A DNA stretch of 63,999 nucleotides, counting the filler, from Chrysochromulina tobinii (taxonomy: Eukaryota): assembly GCA_001275005.1 (NCBI GenBank). It is 9 parts of 9 records of this genome, joined end to end, with 100 filler letters (N's around TTAATTAATTAA, not from the genome) between each part and the next. Parts side by side here need not be neighbours in the genome. Positions count along the whole stretch, not along the records: positions 25,737 to 37,808 come from JWZX01000515.1; positions 37,909 to 49,853 come from JWZX01000516.1; 7 more parts are not named here. The stretch is one strand, 5' to 3'. Under the pieces are notes generated by a model. That model did no database searches, was not told the origin of the DNA, and saw only the letters and a list, made by a program, of their open reading frames with translations. This document shows positions 29,979 through 41,393 of this stretch, in pieces; positions within the stretch are counted from its first letter, which is position 1; every line of letters begins with the position of its first letter. Made by a program: the position numbers and the translations under genes.

Positions 29979-31587
29979 ATGGAGGTTCACGCCGTATTGC
30001 TCTTCGCACTCGCTGCGAACATGAATGGGGACTACTTAATCACGCGCACGAGCGTGATCGGCGCCGCCGGTGCCGTCGGCGACTACGCGGCCCGCGGGCA
30101 CGAGTACTTTGACGTCTATTCCCCACCGATCACGTCACAGTACGGCGAGACCTTTTGGACCAAGATGGACGACGTGCCGCTCCCCAAGGAGATTGTGGAG
30201 CGCTTCGCGGATGGCGTGATCGCCGTAACGGGGTATGAGATGGATCAGGTCACTGACGATGGTCTGTCGATCGGGTACAACCGCGTGTACAACCACCACT
30301 ACGGCGCCTTCCTCGTCGGCGCGGGCTCCTCGCTACGGAAAATGCCGTGCGGCCTTCGTGACTACCACATGGGATGCATGATGAACGGCGAGCCCAGCAT
30401 GTGGATGGCCGTGCCACACGACTCGAACGAGGACGTGCCCTCCTCCCAGTTCTTCTCCGAGGGCAACGGCGGCGAGAGCCGCAAGTCCTTTCACGGTTAC
30501 CCGGACGGCTACGCCCAGCTAGTGGCCCGCCCGCGTAACTTTTCGCTCATACCGATGCAGATCGACACGTGGAACCGCGACACGCCCGTGCACGACCACG
30601 ACTACATCGCCGGCCCGCTCCCCCGCGCGGCGCAGAGCCCCCCAGGCAGCGTCTACAGCGGACTTCTCGAATGCCCGTGCACGGATCGCATTACCAAGGT
30701 CAACGGCTCCATCTGCTCACTCGAGGGTGGATGCTGGAAATGGCCGAGCACGGCGGGGCAGAGCATCACGGGCGACTTTTGTCCCGACGAGCCGCTCAGC
30801 CAGCTCAAGGCTGTGGGGAACCGTATCTGCTCCCTCGACACGTACCCGGGAGGGCAGATGTGCTGCCCTCACAAGTCGATCTTGCTCGACAAGGATCAAG
30901 ACCCCTGGCCGGGCAAGCTACTCACGTATCGGATGAAGTTCCGCTTCTGGTTCCAGCCGTGGCGCCCGCCCGCTGCCGTCGCCGCGCGCCTCGCCCCCCG
31001 CCCGCCTCGGCGCCCCCAACCCTCCCGCCGCCGCCAGCCACGCCAACCTGGTCCGCTTCTATTGGCAAACCGAATCCTTCGCAGGCGAGTATGACGTTCC
31101 GCGCGGCGCCGACTCACTCGGCCACGACCGCGGCGCGACGACGTACAGCGAGGCCGAAGGGTACGTGTACACGATTGCGTCCGAGTGGCCGGCGGCGGAC
31201 TCAGTTTACGGCTGCGACCCCACTCGCCAGAAATGCGTGCCGGACGGCACGAACGGCTTCGAGCTCGTGTACGCTGGTGGGCACTGCCACGCACCCAATT
31301 GCATCTCGCTCGAGCTCACGATCAAGGAGACGGGCGAGCTCCTCTGCCTGCAGCGCCCCGTGCGGGGAAACGGCTCGCTCACAGACCCCTTCGACGATAT
31401 GGGCTACATCACACTCCCACCTTGCCTTTGGGGCCGCGACGGCGAAGGCGGTGGGCGCGCGCTGCCGCCTCGCCCACGCGTGCCGCTCAATGCGACGCTG
31501 CGCTCCGTCTGCCGCCAGAACTCGACCATCGGCCACTATGGCCAGATGGCGAGCTGGCAGATGCGCGGCGTCTTCTACTACGACTGA
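29979..31587 (+). CDS. Secreted Cys-rich protein resembling SURNod19 / type II copper monooxygenase fold; frame change at ~30959-31037 (intron or frameshift)
   Basis: Signal peptide; DVYSPPITSQYGE.FW, GYEMDQV, YNHHY; second part AGGHCH and GHYGQMA; a GT-AG intron at 30959-31037 would join the frames. Confidence 0.6.
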
Positions 31588-32333
31588 TTGACGCATCTTC
31601 AGCGTGTGGAACGAATGTAGCGAGTGTCCGCCCTGGAGGTGGTGAGTGTCTCATCATGCTTCAACGGGCATCACTTTATCAAGAGGACGGCGCGACGAGA
31701 TCGCGCGTGTACGTGTACACGTGTTATTGGAGAAGTGTGTTTGTTTGCATCCGTCGATATGCCATAGCCCTTTGCCTTTTAGCGCGCGTGCGCAGCTCGT
31801 GTGCACAGTGAGCGACTTCCGACTTCACCCGCCGCAGACAAAGACATCCCCGGCTTCCCCCCCGCCCGCCCGCCGCGCGCCTCGCCCGAGGCGCCCTGGA
31901 GCGGCCGCCGAGCGCGCCCCAAGCACACGACATCAAGATGTGCCACGCAAACAAGGATTCGGCAAGGATGGACCCGCGTATGGCGACTGGACCGCGTACT
32001 TGCCGGAATCGTACCGCTCAGCTCTGAGGCGAGGACATGCGATGTCCGATGAGCATTAATGATCAAACCTAGCACCGCCGCCCAGTTCACTTGTTGAGCT
32101 TGATCGCCACATGGAGGGCCCTTCTAGCGAGCACGGCACAGCCCGCCTGCTTGGCCATCGAGGCCGTTGGCTTTCCAGAGGCGACGGTGACGGCGGCGGC
32201 GGAGGTGGAGGCGGTCTGGGCGGCGTCAGCCACGCCCATGCACCAGTCTCCGTTCTCGTGCCACGTTTGCGCACGCGGTAAGCAAACTTAATCTGGGTCC
32301 GCTTGCTTGGGCCAGTCTTTGTGGCGTAGCCCG

Positions 32334-33014
32334 CTAGGAATCCCTAGCCGCAAGCGCGGCAAACTCCTGGTGACACGCATCGAAGCCGGCGCCACCCGGA
32401 GCGTACGCACGTTCGGCTGCCCGCCGCCAGGCAAGCATCAAAGGGCCGATTACACGACTGACCATCCGCCAGCGAGCCATGGGAGATCGACCGAATTGGG
32501 CCTCAGTCAGGTAACATTGAAACCTAGCCTGATAGTGAGAGTCGTTCCCATACGACGTGATGCAAATCCGCCACTTTGAGGATGTCACTGCAGAAGTGAA
32601 AGAGGCATACGCAAATCCATCCTCACTGCGGCTTCTCCAGTAATGGACCTCAGAGCCTTGCACGCGTACGAACTGTCCCTTGGAACTGTCCCACGACTCC
32701 AAGTGAGCGTCGTCAAATCCGTAATGCGGGTTACTGGCCACTCGCCAGTGAGTAAAGGTCTGTGGCTTTTGCATATCCACTGAGAGCATGTACGGCATCG
32801 ACTGCGAGTTTGGCCCATCGAACGCAAACGCTGAGTTCTGCTTCCCAGCTTTAGCACCCAGCGGCTCCGCAGAGGTACCGCAAAACACACTTGCCGGATC
32901 GTCCAGATCATATGCGCCTGCATTTGCGTACTTGCGAGAGTGGTCGAGCACCGTCCACCCTTCGCCAGCTCCAGAGAAGTAAGTGATCCCTGATACCTTG
33001 GAGACCTCCGTCAT
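32334..33014 (-). CDS. Hypothetical protein with galactose-binding/F5-8-like beta domain and C-terminal RAAERAYAPGGAGF motif
   Basis: 226-aa ATG ORF; AFAFDG, LSVDMQKPQTFTHWR, TSSKWRICIT, YLTEAQF resemble discoidin-like patterns. Confidence 0.5.
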   Translation of the reverse strand: MTEVSKVSGITYFSGAGEGWTVLDHSRKYANAGAYDLDDPASVFCGTSAEPLGAKAGKQNSAFAFDGPNSQSMPYMLSVDMQKPQTFTHWRVASNPHYGFDDAHLESWDSSKGQFVRVQGSEVHYWRSRSEDGFAYASFTSAVTSSKWRICITSYGNDSHYQARFQCYLTEAQFGRSPMARWRMVSRVIGPLMLAWRRAAERAYAPGGAGFDACHQEFAALAARDS

Positions 33015-33244
33015 CAGCTATGAACCTACTCGTGCACAAGCGGGCGTCAAGAAGTGGAAGCACGCGGACATGGAGAGGAGCACGTGCACGGAGAGTGGAA
33101 GCCGCACGCGCACCTCAAATACCAAGGACGAGGGCAGCGTCAGAGAGGACAGTGTCTGTCACCGAGCGCAGCGCGCGCGCGCGCTCGAGAGATGCCGCAG
33201 ATGATGCCGCGCGCTTAGAAAAGAAAGCGCGCTCGCTTTCTTTA

Positions 33245-33562
33245 AAGTCAAGTCAAGTCAAGTCAAGTTTCTTTCAAGGGCCCCCAGCCCCCTTTTTTTC
33301 TTCAGATTTTTTTTTGGCAGTTTCTGGAAAGGGATAAAGTGCAACACCGCAACGACGCGCCGCCCCAGCCTACCGGTACCGGTAAAAAGACACCGGGGAG
33401 AGCCGGGACACGCACGGGACACACGGGACACGCGGACGCACAAAGGCACACAGACCACACAGACGAACCTCACAACCATCCAAATCTCCTACCGGTATCC
33501 TCTCTCACTCCCAGTTTGTATGGCTCATTTGCTTTGGGAGTTTGGGTAGTCAAGTCAAGTCA
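33245..33562. repeat. Probable interspersed repeat remnant bounded by (TCAAG)n runs
   Basis: (aagtc)n at 33245-33267 and 33549-33562; internal cgggacac repeats and T-runs; no credible ORF. Confidence 0.4.
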
Positions 33563-33959
33563 TAGATCTACTCTTCACCTACACAAGGCACAACAGTCAA
33601 CATCTGGAGACATGTTGTGTGAAACCGCATCTCTCGACACGTCCCTTATGATGATTTGAGTCCGATGTGATTCCGAATTCCGTCACGGTGGCCGTGCCGG
33701 TCGCAGTGCAGAGTGCTGGGTGTGAGAGTGTGGTGAGGTCTTGAGATTTTGAGATGTAGTGTGCAGTCCAGTTCCACTGACCGCAGTGTGGAAGTGTTAT
33801 GCTGTCGGCGTCGGGAGGAAGACTGTGACCCTGGGAGGGGGCTCGCGAGCGCTCTCGCGACCTCAGGTACTAGGTACGAGACGGACTCGATACGCACTGC
33901 ATTTCGTGGCTCGCCTCTCGCTCAGCCTCCCGCCTCTCGAACAGCCAGCCTTCATCCGT

Positions 33960-34547
33960 TCAAGTCGAACTCTCTGCGGCCGGTGCCGCGTCCCGTCTAC
34001 CCTCTGCCACGTCTACCCTCTGCCATGAATTGGAGCCAGACTTTGGCGGCTCGTCCATGATACACGCCCAAACCAATTCTCCCTTGTGCATGACTCGCTG
34101 GCAATCTTCGCCCTTAGCCAGTGCGTCTTTCAACTCTGGCTCCGCGCAAATCCAAGCGTTCAGCTTACCACCTTTACAGCCAAATACCATGGTCGCATAC
34201 TGGTCCAGGGTGACCTGCCGTTGAAGGGTTAGTGGCACTCAGCGATCACAGCAGCAGTGCAAGGGTGCGCGGAAACGGAGGTATCTTAATGGGTGGCAGC
34301 ATACTATTTCGCATCCGTCTTCGGGCGGTTGGTACTCAGGAGCAGGTGGCTTGTACTCAGGAACCCGACCGTCCCGCACCTCAATGGGGACCGGATCCTC
34401 GATCGGGTCTTTCGTTGGGTCCCAACGCATCACCACTGATGCAGAACGTGCAGACTGAGGAGCGCAGCTAGGAACTGCAAAAGGGTGAATGCGCAATGCA
34501 TTGATCGGCGTGGCCAAAAGCAGCAGCACATGCCGCAAAGGCCGCAT
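33960..34547 (-). CDS. Small probably plastid-targeted hypothetical protein; intron 34215-34304
   Basis: MRPLRHVLLLLATPINALR..ARSASVVM presequence-like N-terminus; ATA|gtatgc...ggcag|GTC joins two ORFs in frame. Confidence 0.6.
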
Positions 34548-34887
34548 CGGACGCGAAAAGATGAACTCGTACGCGCCAACGCAGGAACAAGGCGGGTTAT
34601 GATTGCACTCCCACTTCGTCAATGTGTGTCGCAAGGAAAGTCAAGTCAAGTTATGTATACATGTAGACTTGACTTGACTTGTGACGCAAACTTGGTTGCC
34701 GCCACATCCAATACTTGTTGACCACGGATCAATGACTTTCGAGAGAGTATAGAGACTTCTGAAGGCGGCGTCCGGTTAATGACAAAAACAACTAAAAACA
34801 AACCCCCGCGTCGCCCGGCCGGCCGACGCCCGAGGCGCGCGCGCGCGCGCGCGCACGAGCTCAAACACACTCAGGTCACGGCTCACC

Positions 34888-36423
34888 TCACACACGGCTC
34901 ACCCCACGCTCGTCCAGTGCATTCAATGCAGTTGCACGAGCACTTCCTCGGATCGAGGCCAGGCCACCTCGCGCCGAGGCCTGTTGATGCAGCCTGCGAA
35001 GCGAGCTTGCTTCCCACTGCCGCTGCTCGTGCTTGCTCACGAATCGGTGCTCGTAGATCTCGGCCACATTCTTGCGGTTACTGCGCAGGACCCTGGCCTT
35101 GGTCTCCGCCACCAGATGATCATTCGATCGCTCTGACCTGGCCGACGCGCGGCGCTGTGCCACGACGTCTGCCTTGCTTTGCCTGGCTCGTGCACGGAAG
35201 CTTAGGGCTCGCCGCTTGTTCTCTCGCGCGCGCGTCAGATACTCTTGGTCTCTTATCAGTCGCTCAGCGGCCCGCGCCCTGGCCGCTTCGCGCGTCGTGT
35301 CCACCGATGCCCTGGCGTCCTCGTTGGCCGATCGCCTGGCCTCTAGGATGGCGGAGCGCGCCGCTTTGACCGCCTCGATGGTGAGCCGGCACCATCCAAG
35401 CTGCTGCTGCTTCGCCTGCGCTACCTCGTGAAGGATGGCCTCGCGTGTGCGTGTGCCCTCCTCGCACGCCACCTGCTTTGCACGCGCCTCGCTCGCATCG
35501 AGCCGTAAGTCGAGACTTCGCGCCTCGGCGACCAAAACGCCCACTTGCGCAGCAAAGAGCCGCCGGTGCATCACGCGCGTCTCCTCGCGCCGTGAGGCGG
35601 CCTCCTTCTGCTTGCGCACAATCTCGGTGCGCTCGCTGAGCATGGCGACCTCCAAGCCGTGGATGCGCTCGCGCCGGCCTCGAGCACTCTCGACGCGCTC
35701 CCTCCCCTGTGCGGCCCATTCCTCCGCCTGTTGAGCCTTGAGGACCTCGCGCGATTCGCGCCTGGCTCGGCACTCTTGCACCTGCTCTCGCGCAGCCTCA
35801 GCGGCCCTGAAGCGTGAGAAGGTGGCCGTCGTCGTGCTCGATGAAGGCTTCAAAGGTGGCAGCGCGGCGATTGCAAGGCTCTTTAGGTCGGTAGCAAGGC
35901 GGCCATCACCGTCATCGGTCGCCGACCGTGCCAGTGCAAGGCGAGCGGCGAGGGCGGCATTCGCGTTTGCCAGCTCCTGCGCCTCTGCATCCTTCCGAGC
36001 CGTGGACGAAGCCGCCGCCTTGGCTCGGCCCGCGCCTACTGATGTGCCGTGTGCGGCGACGCCATTAGTGATGTCGCTATTTGTGACTTCTTTGGTATTC
36101 TTCAGCTTTCCGCGGAACGCCTTGTTCGGTGCGGCGATGCGCACCGCCTCTGCGTCCTTCTGAGCCCGTTCCCCTGCCTTGGATGCCGTTGCTGCTTGGG
36201 CGTCCAAGGTGGTGACATCTGCGGCGTTGTCCTCGCAAATGGTGTCATATGTGTCTGTGATTGTATTCTTGAGCTTGTCGAGCATGACCATGTTCTGTGC
36301 GGCGATGCGCGCTGCCTCCATCTCTCGTGGCGAGCCTTCTTGTCGCGACATCCCGGGCATGGATTTGTCTTGGTCCGACATCCCGGGAGTCAGGCCGGAA
36401 TGGTCATGACCAAAGACTCTCAT
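34888..36423 (-). CDS. Ala/Arg/Glu-rich coiled-coil hypothetical protein
   Basis: ~510-aa stop-free ORF with helical composition; start uncertain. Confidence 0.6.
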   Translation of the reverse strand: MRVFGHDHSGLTPGMSDQDKSMPGMSRQEGSPREMEAARIAAQNMVMLDKLKNTITDTYDTICEDNAADVTTLDAQAATASKAGERAQKDAEAVRIAAPNKAFRGKLKNTKEVTNSDITNGVAAHGTSVGAGRAKAAASSTARKDAEAQELANANAALAARLALARSATDDGDGRLATDLKSLAIAALPPLKPSSSTTTATFSRFRAAEAAREQVQECRARRESREVLKAQQAEEWAAQGRERVESARGRRERIHGLEVAMLSERTEIVRKQKEAASRREETRVMHRRLFAAQVGVLVAEARSLDLRLDASEARAKQVACEEGTRTREAILHEVAQAKQQQLGWCRLTIEAVKAARSAILEARRSANEDARASVDTTREAARARAAERLIRDQEYLTRARENKRRALSFRARARQSKADVVAQRRASARSERSNDHLVAETKARVLRSNRKNVAEIYEHRFVSKHEQRQWEASSLRRLHQQASARGGLASIRGSARATALNALDERGVSRV

Positions 36424-36691
36424 TCTGTACGCCACTGAGGATTCGGCGCTTTCCGGATGACAGTCGGATGAGTGTCGGATGATGGATGGCACTGTCACGA
36501 CCAAAACGAAAGTGTTCCGGCTAGGAATTTACGATATCCGGTAAAAAGACACCGATATCCGGTAAAAACAAAATTCTCCAATTCGGTATTCGCAATGCAT
36601 GCAGCAAGAAGCAGCATATCCTCTTCAACATACGTTAGTACACTGCGACACAGTCTATATACTAACGTCCTACTAAAGGACCTGTCCCTGA

Positions 36692-37612
36692 CTAACGAGC
36701 CACCCGAGTAGGCGCAACTGGCGTTGGTGCGGCGGCGGCGCCAGCAGCGCAGCGGGCGTTTAGGGCGTCATGGCGCACCCGGCTCGCCTCATCGGGCCAG
36801 CTGGCGCCGCCCTGCATGAAGAGCATCTGAAGAGTCATCAGCTCTGTGAGCTCCTCGGGACTGAGCGACGCCGGCGGCCGCTGCTGCTGCTGTGGGGCTG
36901 TCGACGCTGGCTGTCGTGGTGGCAACGGGTGAGGAGGCTCGGCCGCACACCTAGGGCTCGAGCCGCTGCCCATCATCCATGCCAGTGCCTTCTCCCATCG
37001 ACGACGGCGGACCGGATTGGCATCCAGCGAGTGCGGCCCCGATGAGGGTGCTGGCGTTGTGCGCGCCGTCCCGGGCGGGTGGGTCGGCGGACAAGGCGTG
37101 CGCGCCGTCCCGGGCGGGCGGGTCGGCGGAAAAGGCGAGCGCATCGGCCGAGGCGCCGACTCGGTGGCCGCCGCCGAGGTGGTCGGCCCGCCGGTCGGCA
37201 CAAGCGGCATATGTGATGACGCACTCGTGATGGCGGCGTATGCCTCGGAGAGTCGCTTGAAGGCGGCCTCGCTATTCCTCGCGTGGTTCCGGTCGGGGTG
37301 CAGCTGCAGCGAGAGCTTCTTATAAGCCTTCTTCGCATCCGCGTCGGAGGCGAGGTGCGAGATCTCGAGCACACCGTGATGGTCACCCTCGGCGGTGGCC
37401 TGCACTCGGGCCACCACCGCCGCAGCAGCGGAGCCCGGCCCGTACTTTCGAAGGTGCTCGACGAGCCCGCGCGCGCTGGCCGTCTCACATAGCCGTAGGC
37501 TTTTCTCCGCGTGGCGTAGTGCGCCGACGTCATCGCCCGCATCGTGCAACTGCTGCGCACGTCCCAGCCACTCCTCAGCCGCGGCGCGGTTCGCTTCCGT
37601 CGGTAGCTCCAT
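36692..37612 (-). CDS. DnaJ-domain protein (DNAJB12/14-like N-terminus) with Pro-rich tail
   Basis: EANRAAAEEWL..A..ALRHAEKSLRL; J-domain DHHGVLEI..AKKAYKKLSLQLHPDRN..AEAAFK-like SEAAFKRLSEAY. Confidence 0.8.
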   Translation of the reverse strand: MELPTEANRAAAEEWLGRAQQLHDAGDDVGALRHAEKSLRLCETASARGLVEHLRKYGPGSAAAAVVARVQATAEGDHHGVLEISHLASDADAKKAYKKLSLQLHPDRNHARNSEAAFKRLSEAYAAITSASSHMPLVPTGGPTTSAAATESAPRPMRSPFPPTRPPGTARTPCPPTHPPGTARTTPAPSSGPHSLDANPVRRRRWEKALAWMMGSGSSPRCAAEPPHPLPPRQPASTAPQQQQRPPASLSPEELTELMTLQMLFMQGGASWPDEASRVRHDALNARCAAGAAAAPTPVAPTRVAR

Positions 37613-37808
37613 CCGAGAGGAGTTCGATTGGGAGGTCGGTTGACGGAACTGATTGACGGAACCGATCGAAGGACGGGAGGAGTTCGATTGGGAAGTCGCA
37701 TCTGGCGGCGCGGCGGGAGCGGCGGCGGCAGAGTTGGCGGGAGTTGGGGTGAAACTGGCTGCGGAAGTGGTGGCGGGAGCGGGAGAGGGAGCGGCGGGAG
37801 CGGAGGCG

Positions 37809-37908
37809 NNNNNNNNNNNNNNNNNNNNNNNNNNNNNNNNNNNNNNNNNNNNTTAATTAATTAANNNNNNNNNNNNNNNNNNNNNNNNNNNNNNNNNNNN
37901 NNNNNNNN
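37809..37908. other. Artificial contig-joining spacer
   Basis: N44-ttaattaattaa-N44. Confidence 0.98.
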
Positions 37909-38308
37909 GATACACGCAGGATACATCACAATACATCAGGATACGTATCCTGATAACAACCCCCCCCAAACTCGATAACAAACCCCCCCTGACCCCTATT
38001 CCGTCAGCGCTAGTAAATTGTGCTGGCTTGGTGACATGAATCAGAAAATGACAACCCGTGTAGAAAACCTTTCTGCACTTTCTGTGCACACAAGAAAAGA
38101 CGATTACAAACCTTTTTTGGTTTCGGGCAGTGTTTCAGTGGAAAATGCCAGGCACGTTTGTGGAAGTTGTGAGGCATTTTCCGATTCGATTGCACGATTC
38201 TATTTGCCTCACACATCTCCGAAGACGTCCGAGGACGCCACGACGCGGGTTGCCCCTTGCACGACGGGTCAGTCAGAGTTCCCCGACACAACAGTAGCGA
38301 TATCATCA

Positions 38309-40166
38309 ATGACGGTCGAGCCCACGCCCACACTAGGTGATTTGGAGTGTGCCAGCGAATTCCCAACCCCGAAAGGCTCACCGAAAGACAATGGTGTGGC
38401 TGTCAGCGTTGAAAAGTGAACAAAAAGAAGGACAAGCTCGTCATCCTCGACGGGATCACCGCCATCTTCGCGCCGGGAAAGATGACCGCGCTCATGGGCC
38501 CCTCAGGCTGCGGGAAAACAACGCTGCTCGAAGTGGTAGCCGGCCGCAAGAATTCTGGTACTATCACGGGCAACATTAAGTACGGCGGCGTGTCGCCGAA
38601 GAAGGAGGCGCTCAAACACTGCGTCGGCTACGTTGAGCAGTTCGACACTCTGGTTGGTGAGCTGACGGTGCGTCAGATGCTCATGTACACGGCGGAGTTG
38701 CGACTGCCTACGACGGCGCCCACGAAAGACAAGGTCGCGCGCGTCGACGAGACGATCGCCAGGCTCGACCTGAGCTCGTGCACGAACACCGTCATCGGCA
38801 ACGCGCTGCAGCGTGGCATCAGCGGCGGTCAAGCGAAGCGCGTCAACCTGGCGCTCTCGCTGATCATGCGTCCGTCGGTGATCTACCTCGACGAGCCAAC
38901 AAGTGGCCTCGACTCCAACATGGCCAACGAGGTCGCCGACTGCTTGCGCAGTCTCGCGGATGAGGGCCGGACGATCGTGTGCACGATCCACTCGCCCACC
39001 GCGTACGCCTTTGGCCGCTTCGACGATCTGCTCATGCTCAAGGCAGGGAAGGTCACTTACTCAGGCGAGCTCGATGCCGCCGCCCGCTACTTTGAAAGGG
39101 TCGCGATGGTGAAGCCGCCCTCGGGCTTCTTCTCTCTGCCCGAGTACCTCGTCGACCTCACCTCGAATGGCAAGTACGCGGCCGTTAGCAAAGACGTTGA
39201 CTTCCGTGCGCTATGGGCCAAGTCTGAGGAGGCGGCCACAATGGGCAAGCTCGTTAGCGCCCAGGCGAATTCCGACATTGCCGCACGCCTTGTGGTGCCA
39301 GCATCGATGCCCGGACAGCCCAGGCAGTTGGCCACGCTCCTGCGCTTCCGTATGACGACGCACTACCAGAACGGCGAGTTTCTTGGCCCGCGCATCGGTG
39401 ACAAAATCATCTTTGGGCTGCTCATCCTGTCGCTCTACTGGGGAATCGGCGACGACGAGGACACCTCGTCCATTCAGTCGACCGCGAGCCTGCTGTACTT
39501 CATCTCGGCGCTCTGCGGCTACGGCGCCGCCGCATTCGTGCCGTCGCTCACGCTCGACCGCCATTGTACTACCGCGAGCTCGCGGACGGCTGCTACACGC
39601 CGCTCGTCTACTACATGAGTAAGTTTGTGGAAGAGGCGGTGCTCGCCATCTTCACCTCGCTCCTCTTCTCGTGCATCACCTTCTTCGGCTGCCAGCTGCA
39701 GGGCTCCTTTTGGGTCTTTGCGGGCGTCTACTACCTGACGACCATGTGTGGCATCTGCCTCGCCTACGCCGTGGCCGCGATCGCCCCCAACATGGATGCG
39801 GCCAACGCCATGCTCCCGACGTATGTGACGACCTGCATGTACTTTGGCGGCCTCTTCCTCCTGTACGACGAGATCCCGATCGGATGGTACTGGTTCTCGT
39901 GGACGTCCTTCCTACGCTACTCGTGGGGCGCGCAGATGCTCAACCAGTACTCGGACTCAGCCGTCGGCCGCTATCCCGCGTACGTGACCCAGTCTGGCCC
40001 CGTCAATGTGCTGGACTTCTACGGCATGAAGGGCGACATCATGGCTCATCAGGGCGAGCCCATGATGTCGCTTGGTGCGTGTGTGGGTTTGCTCGCCCTG
40101 CTCGTGCTCATTTTTGCGACGTGCGGTGCGTTCTCGATCGCGTACATTCGCCACGCCACTAGATGA
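38309..40166 (+). pseudogene. ABCG (White-type) half transporter with frame breaks at ~38415 and ~39562 (pseudogene or assembly errors)
   Basis: Walker A GPSGCGKTT, YVEQFD, signature ISGGQAKR, Walker B YLDEPTSGLD, TIHSP; TM domain continues in another frame (LYYRELADG..WFSWTSFLRYSW). Confidence 0.75.
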
Positions 40167-41393
40167 TTGATGCGCAAGATGACTGTGATCATCAGTGAAT
40201 CCTCCCTTGGGCGCTGAGGCCCGTGGATTCTCGACGGCGGACGGCCTGTGAGCCTGTGTCTTGTCTCATCTCTCGACCGGAGGCGTCTTGTGAATGCGAC
40301 ACGGCCGCGCCGAATGCTAAGCTCGTCGGGGTCTTAACTACATGTGCGTTCGAAAACACACAACATCGATTTCAATGGAGCTCAAGTAAAATATATACTC
40401 GCGTCGTAAGTGCTAAGTCGGAGGCGCTGCTGTCTGCTGTCTCGTCACTCGTGGCGGAGTAGGGGCGAGTGGCGTCTCGCGGTGAGCGTCGAGCGTGCGT
40501 CCTGCTGTGTCGGGCCGTCTGTGGCCGTCTGTGTGGCCGTCTGTGAGCGTCTGAGGCGCGAGGTGTGGCGTGTGCGGCCGGTGCCGGGGCCGCGGGCGGA
40601 GAGGCCCCAGCCACGGGGATCGCGCGGTCGCTCGGTCTCGCGTCCTCGCGTCTCCTCTGTGTGCGTGTTCGTGTTGCAGCTGCGCGGCGCGACGTGACCA
40701 CATGCATGTTCGGTCCGGGTCGCGCGCGCGGTCGGACGGAGATACGGGAGGTAAATCCGAAGGAACGGAAGCCGGTCGCATGTGCACGCAAGGTTTCGTC
40801 ATACGTCAAGCCCCGCGTGTGTGGCGGGGTGCCGGGGTCTGCTCGCGTGCTCGTGACGTGCTCGGACCACGAGCGCGTGTGCCGACTCGGCAGTGTGTGT
40901 CTTTCCCTGTCTTTCCAGGGTGGGTTCTACGATCTAGCGCCTACGAGCCGGCTAGATCCACCTAGATTGCGTTGTCTTCTCTAGGGCGAACTAGGGCGAG
41001 CTAGGGCGAACAACCGTGAAGGGTTGTAGGCGCAAGTAAACCAACATACCATGCACGTGCATGAGCTTTCATGTCTGGAGGAATGAGATGCGCGTTTGTG
41101 TGAGAGTGCGGCGACGCGACACCGCTCCGGACCCGCGCACACCCGGCGGTTGCGGTGTGTCACGTGTCTACGCATTCCCGCGTTCCTGTGGTGTTTCAGC
41201 GGCTCGGCGCCGCCCGCCGCGTTCGTCGTGCCCCACCCTCCTCAGACCCGTACTGTCTAGAATAGGGGACTCAGAGCTCGGCCTCGGCGGCCAGCTCTCG
41301 GGGCTGATTAATACTTAACATCCATAGAGAAGTGTGAAGCACAGGAAGACGCTTTCCAGTGCTGAAAATTGAAATCACCTGCCTCTCATGGAC

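Noticed and set aside
40460..41290. Non-coding stretch with short tandem repeats (ctagggcgaa x3), possibly a transposon remnant
   Set aside because: No TIR, TSD, coding remnant or second copy visible in the window
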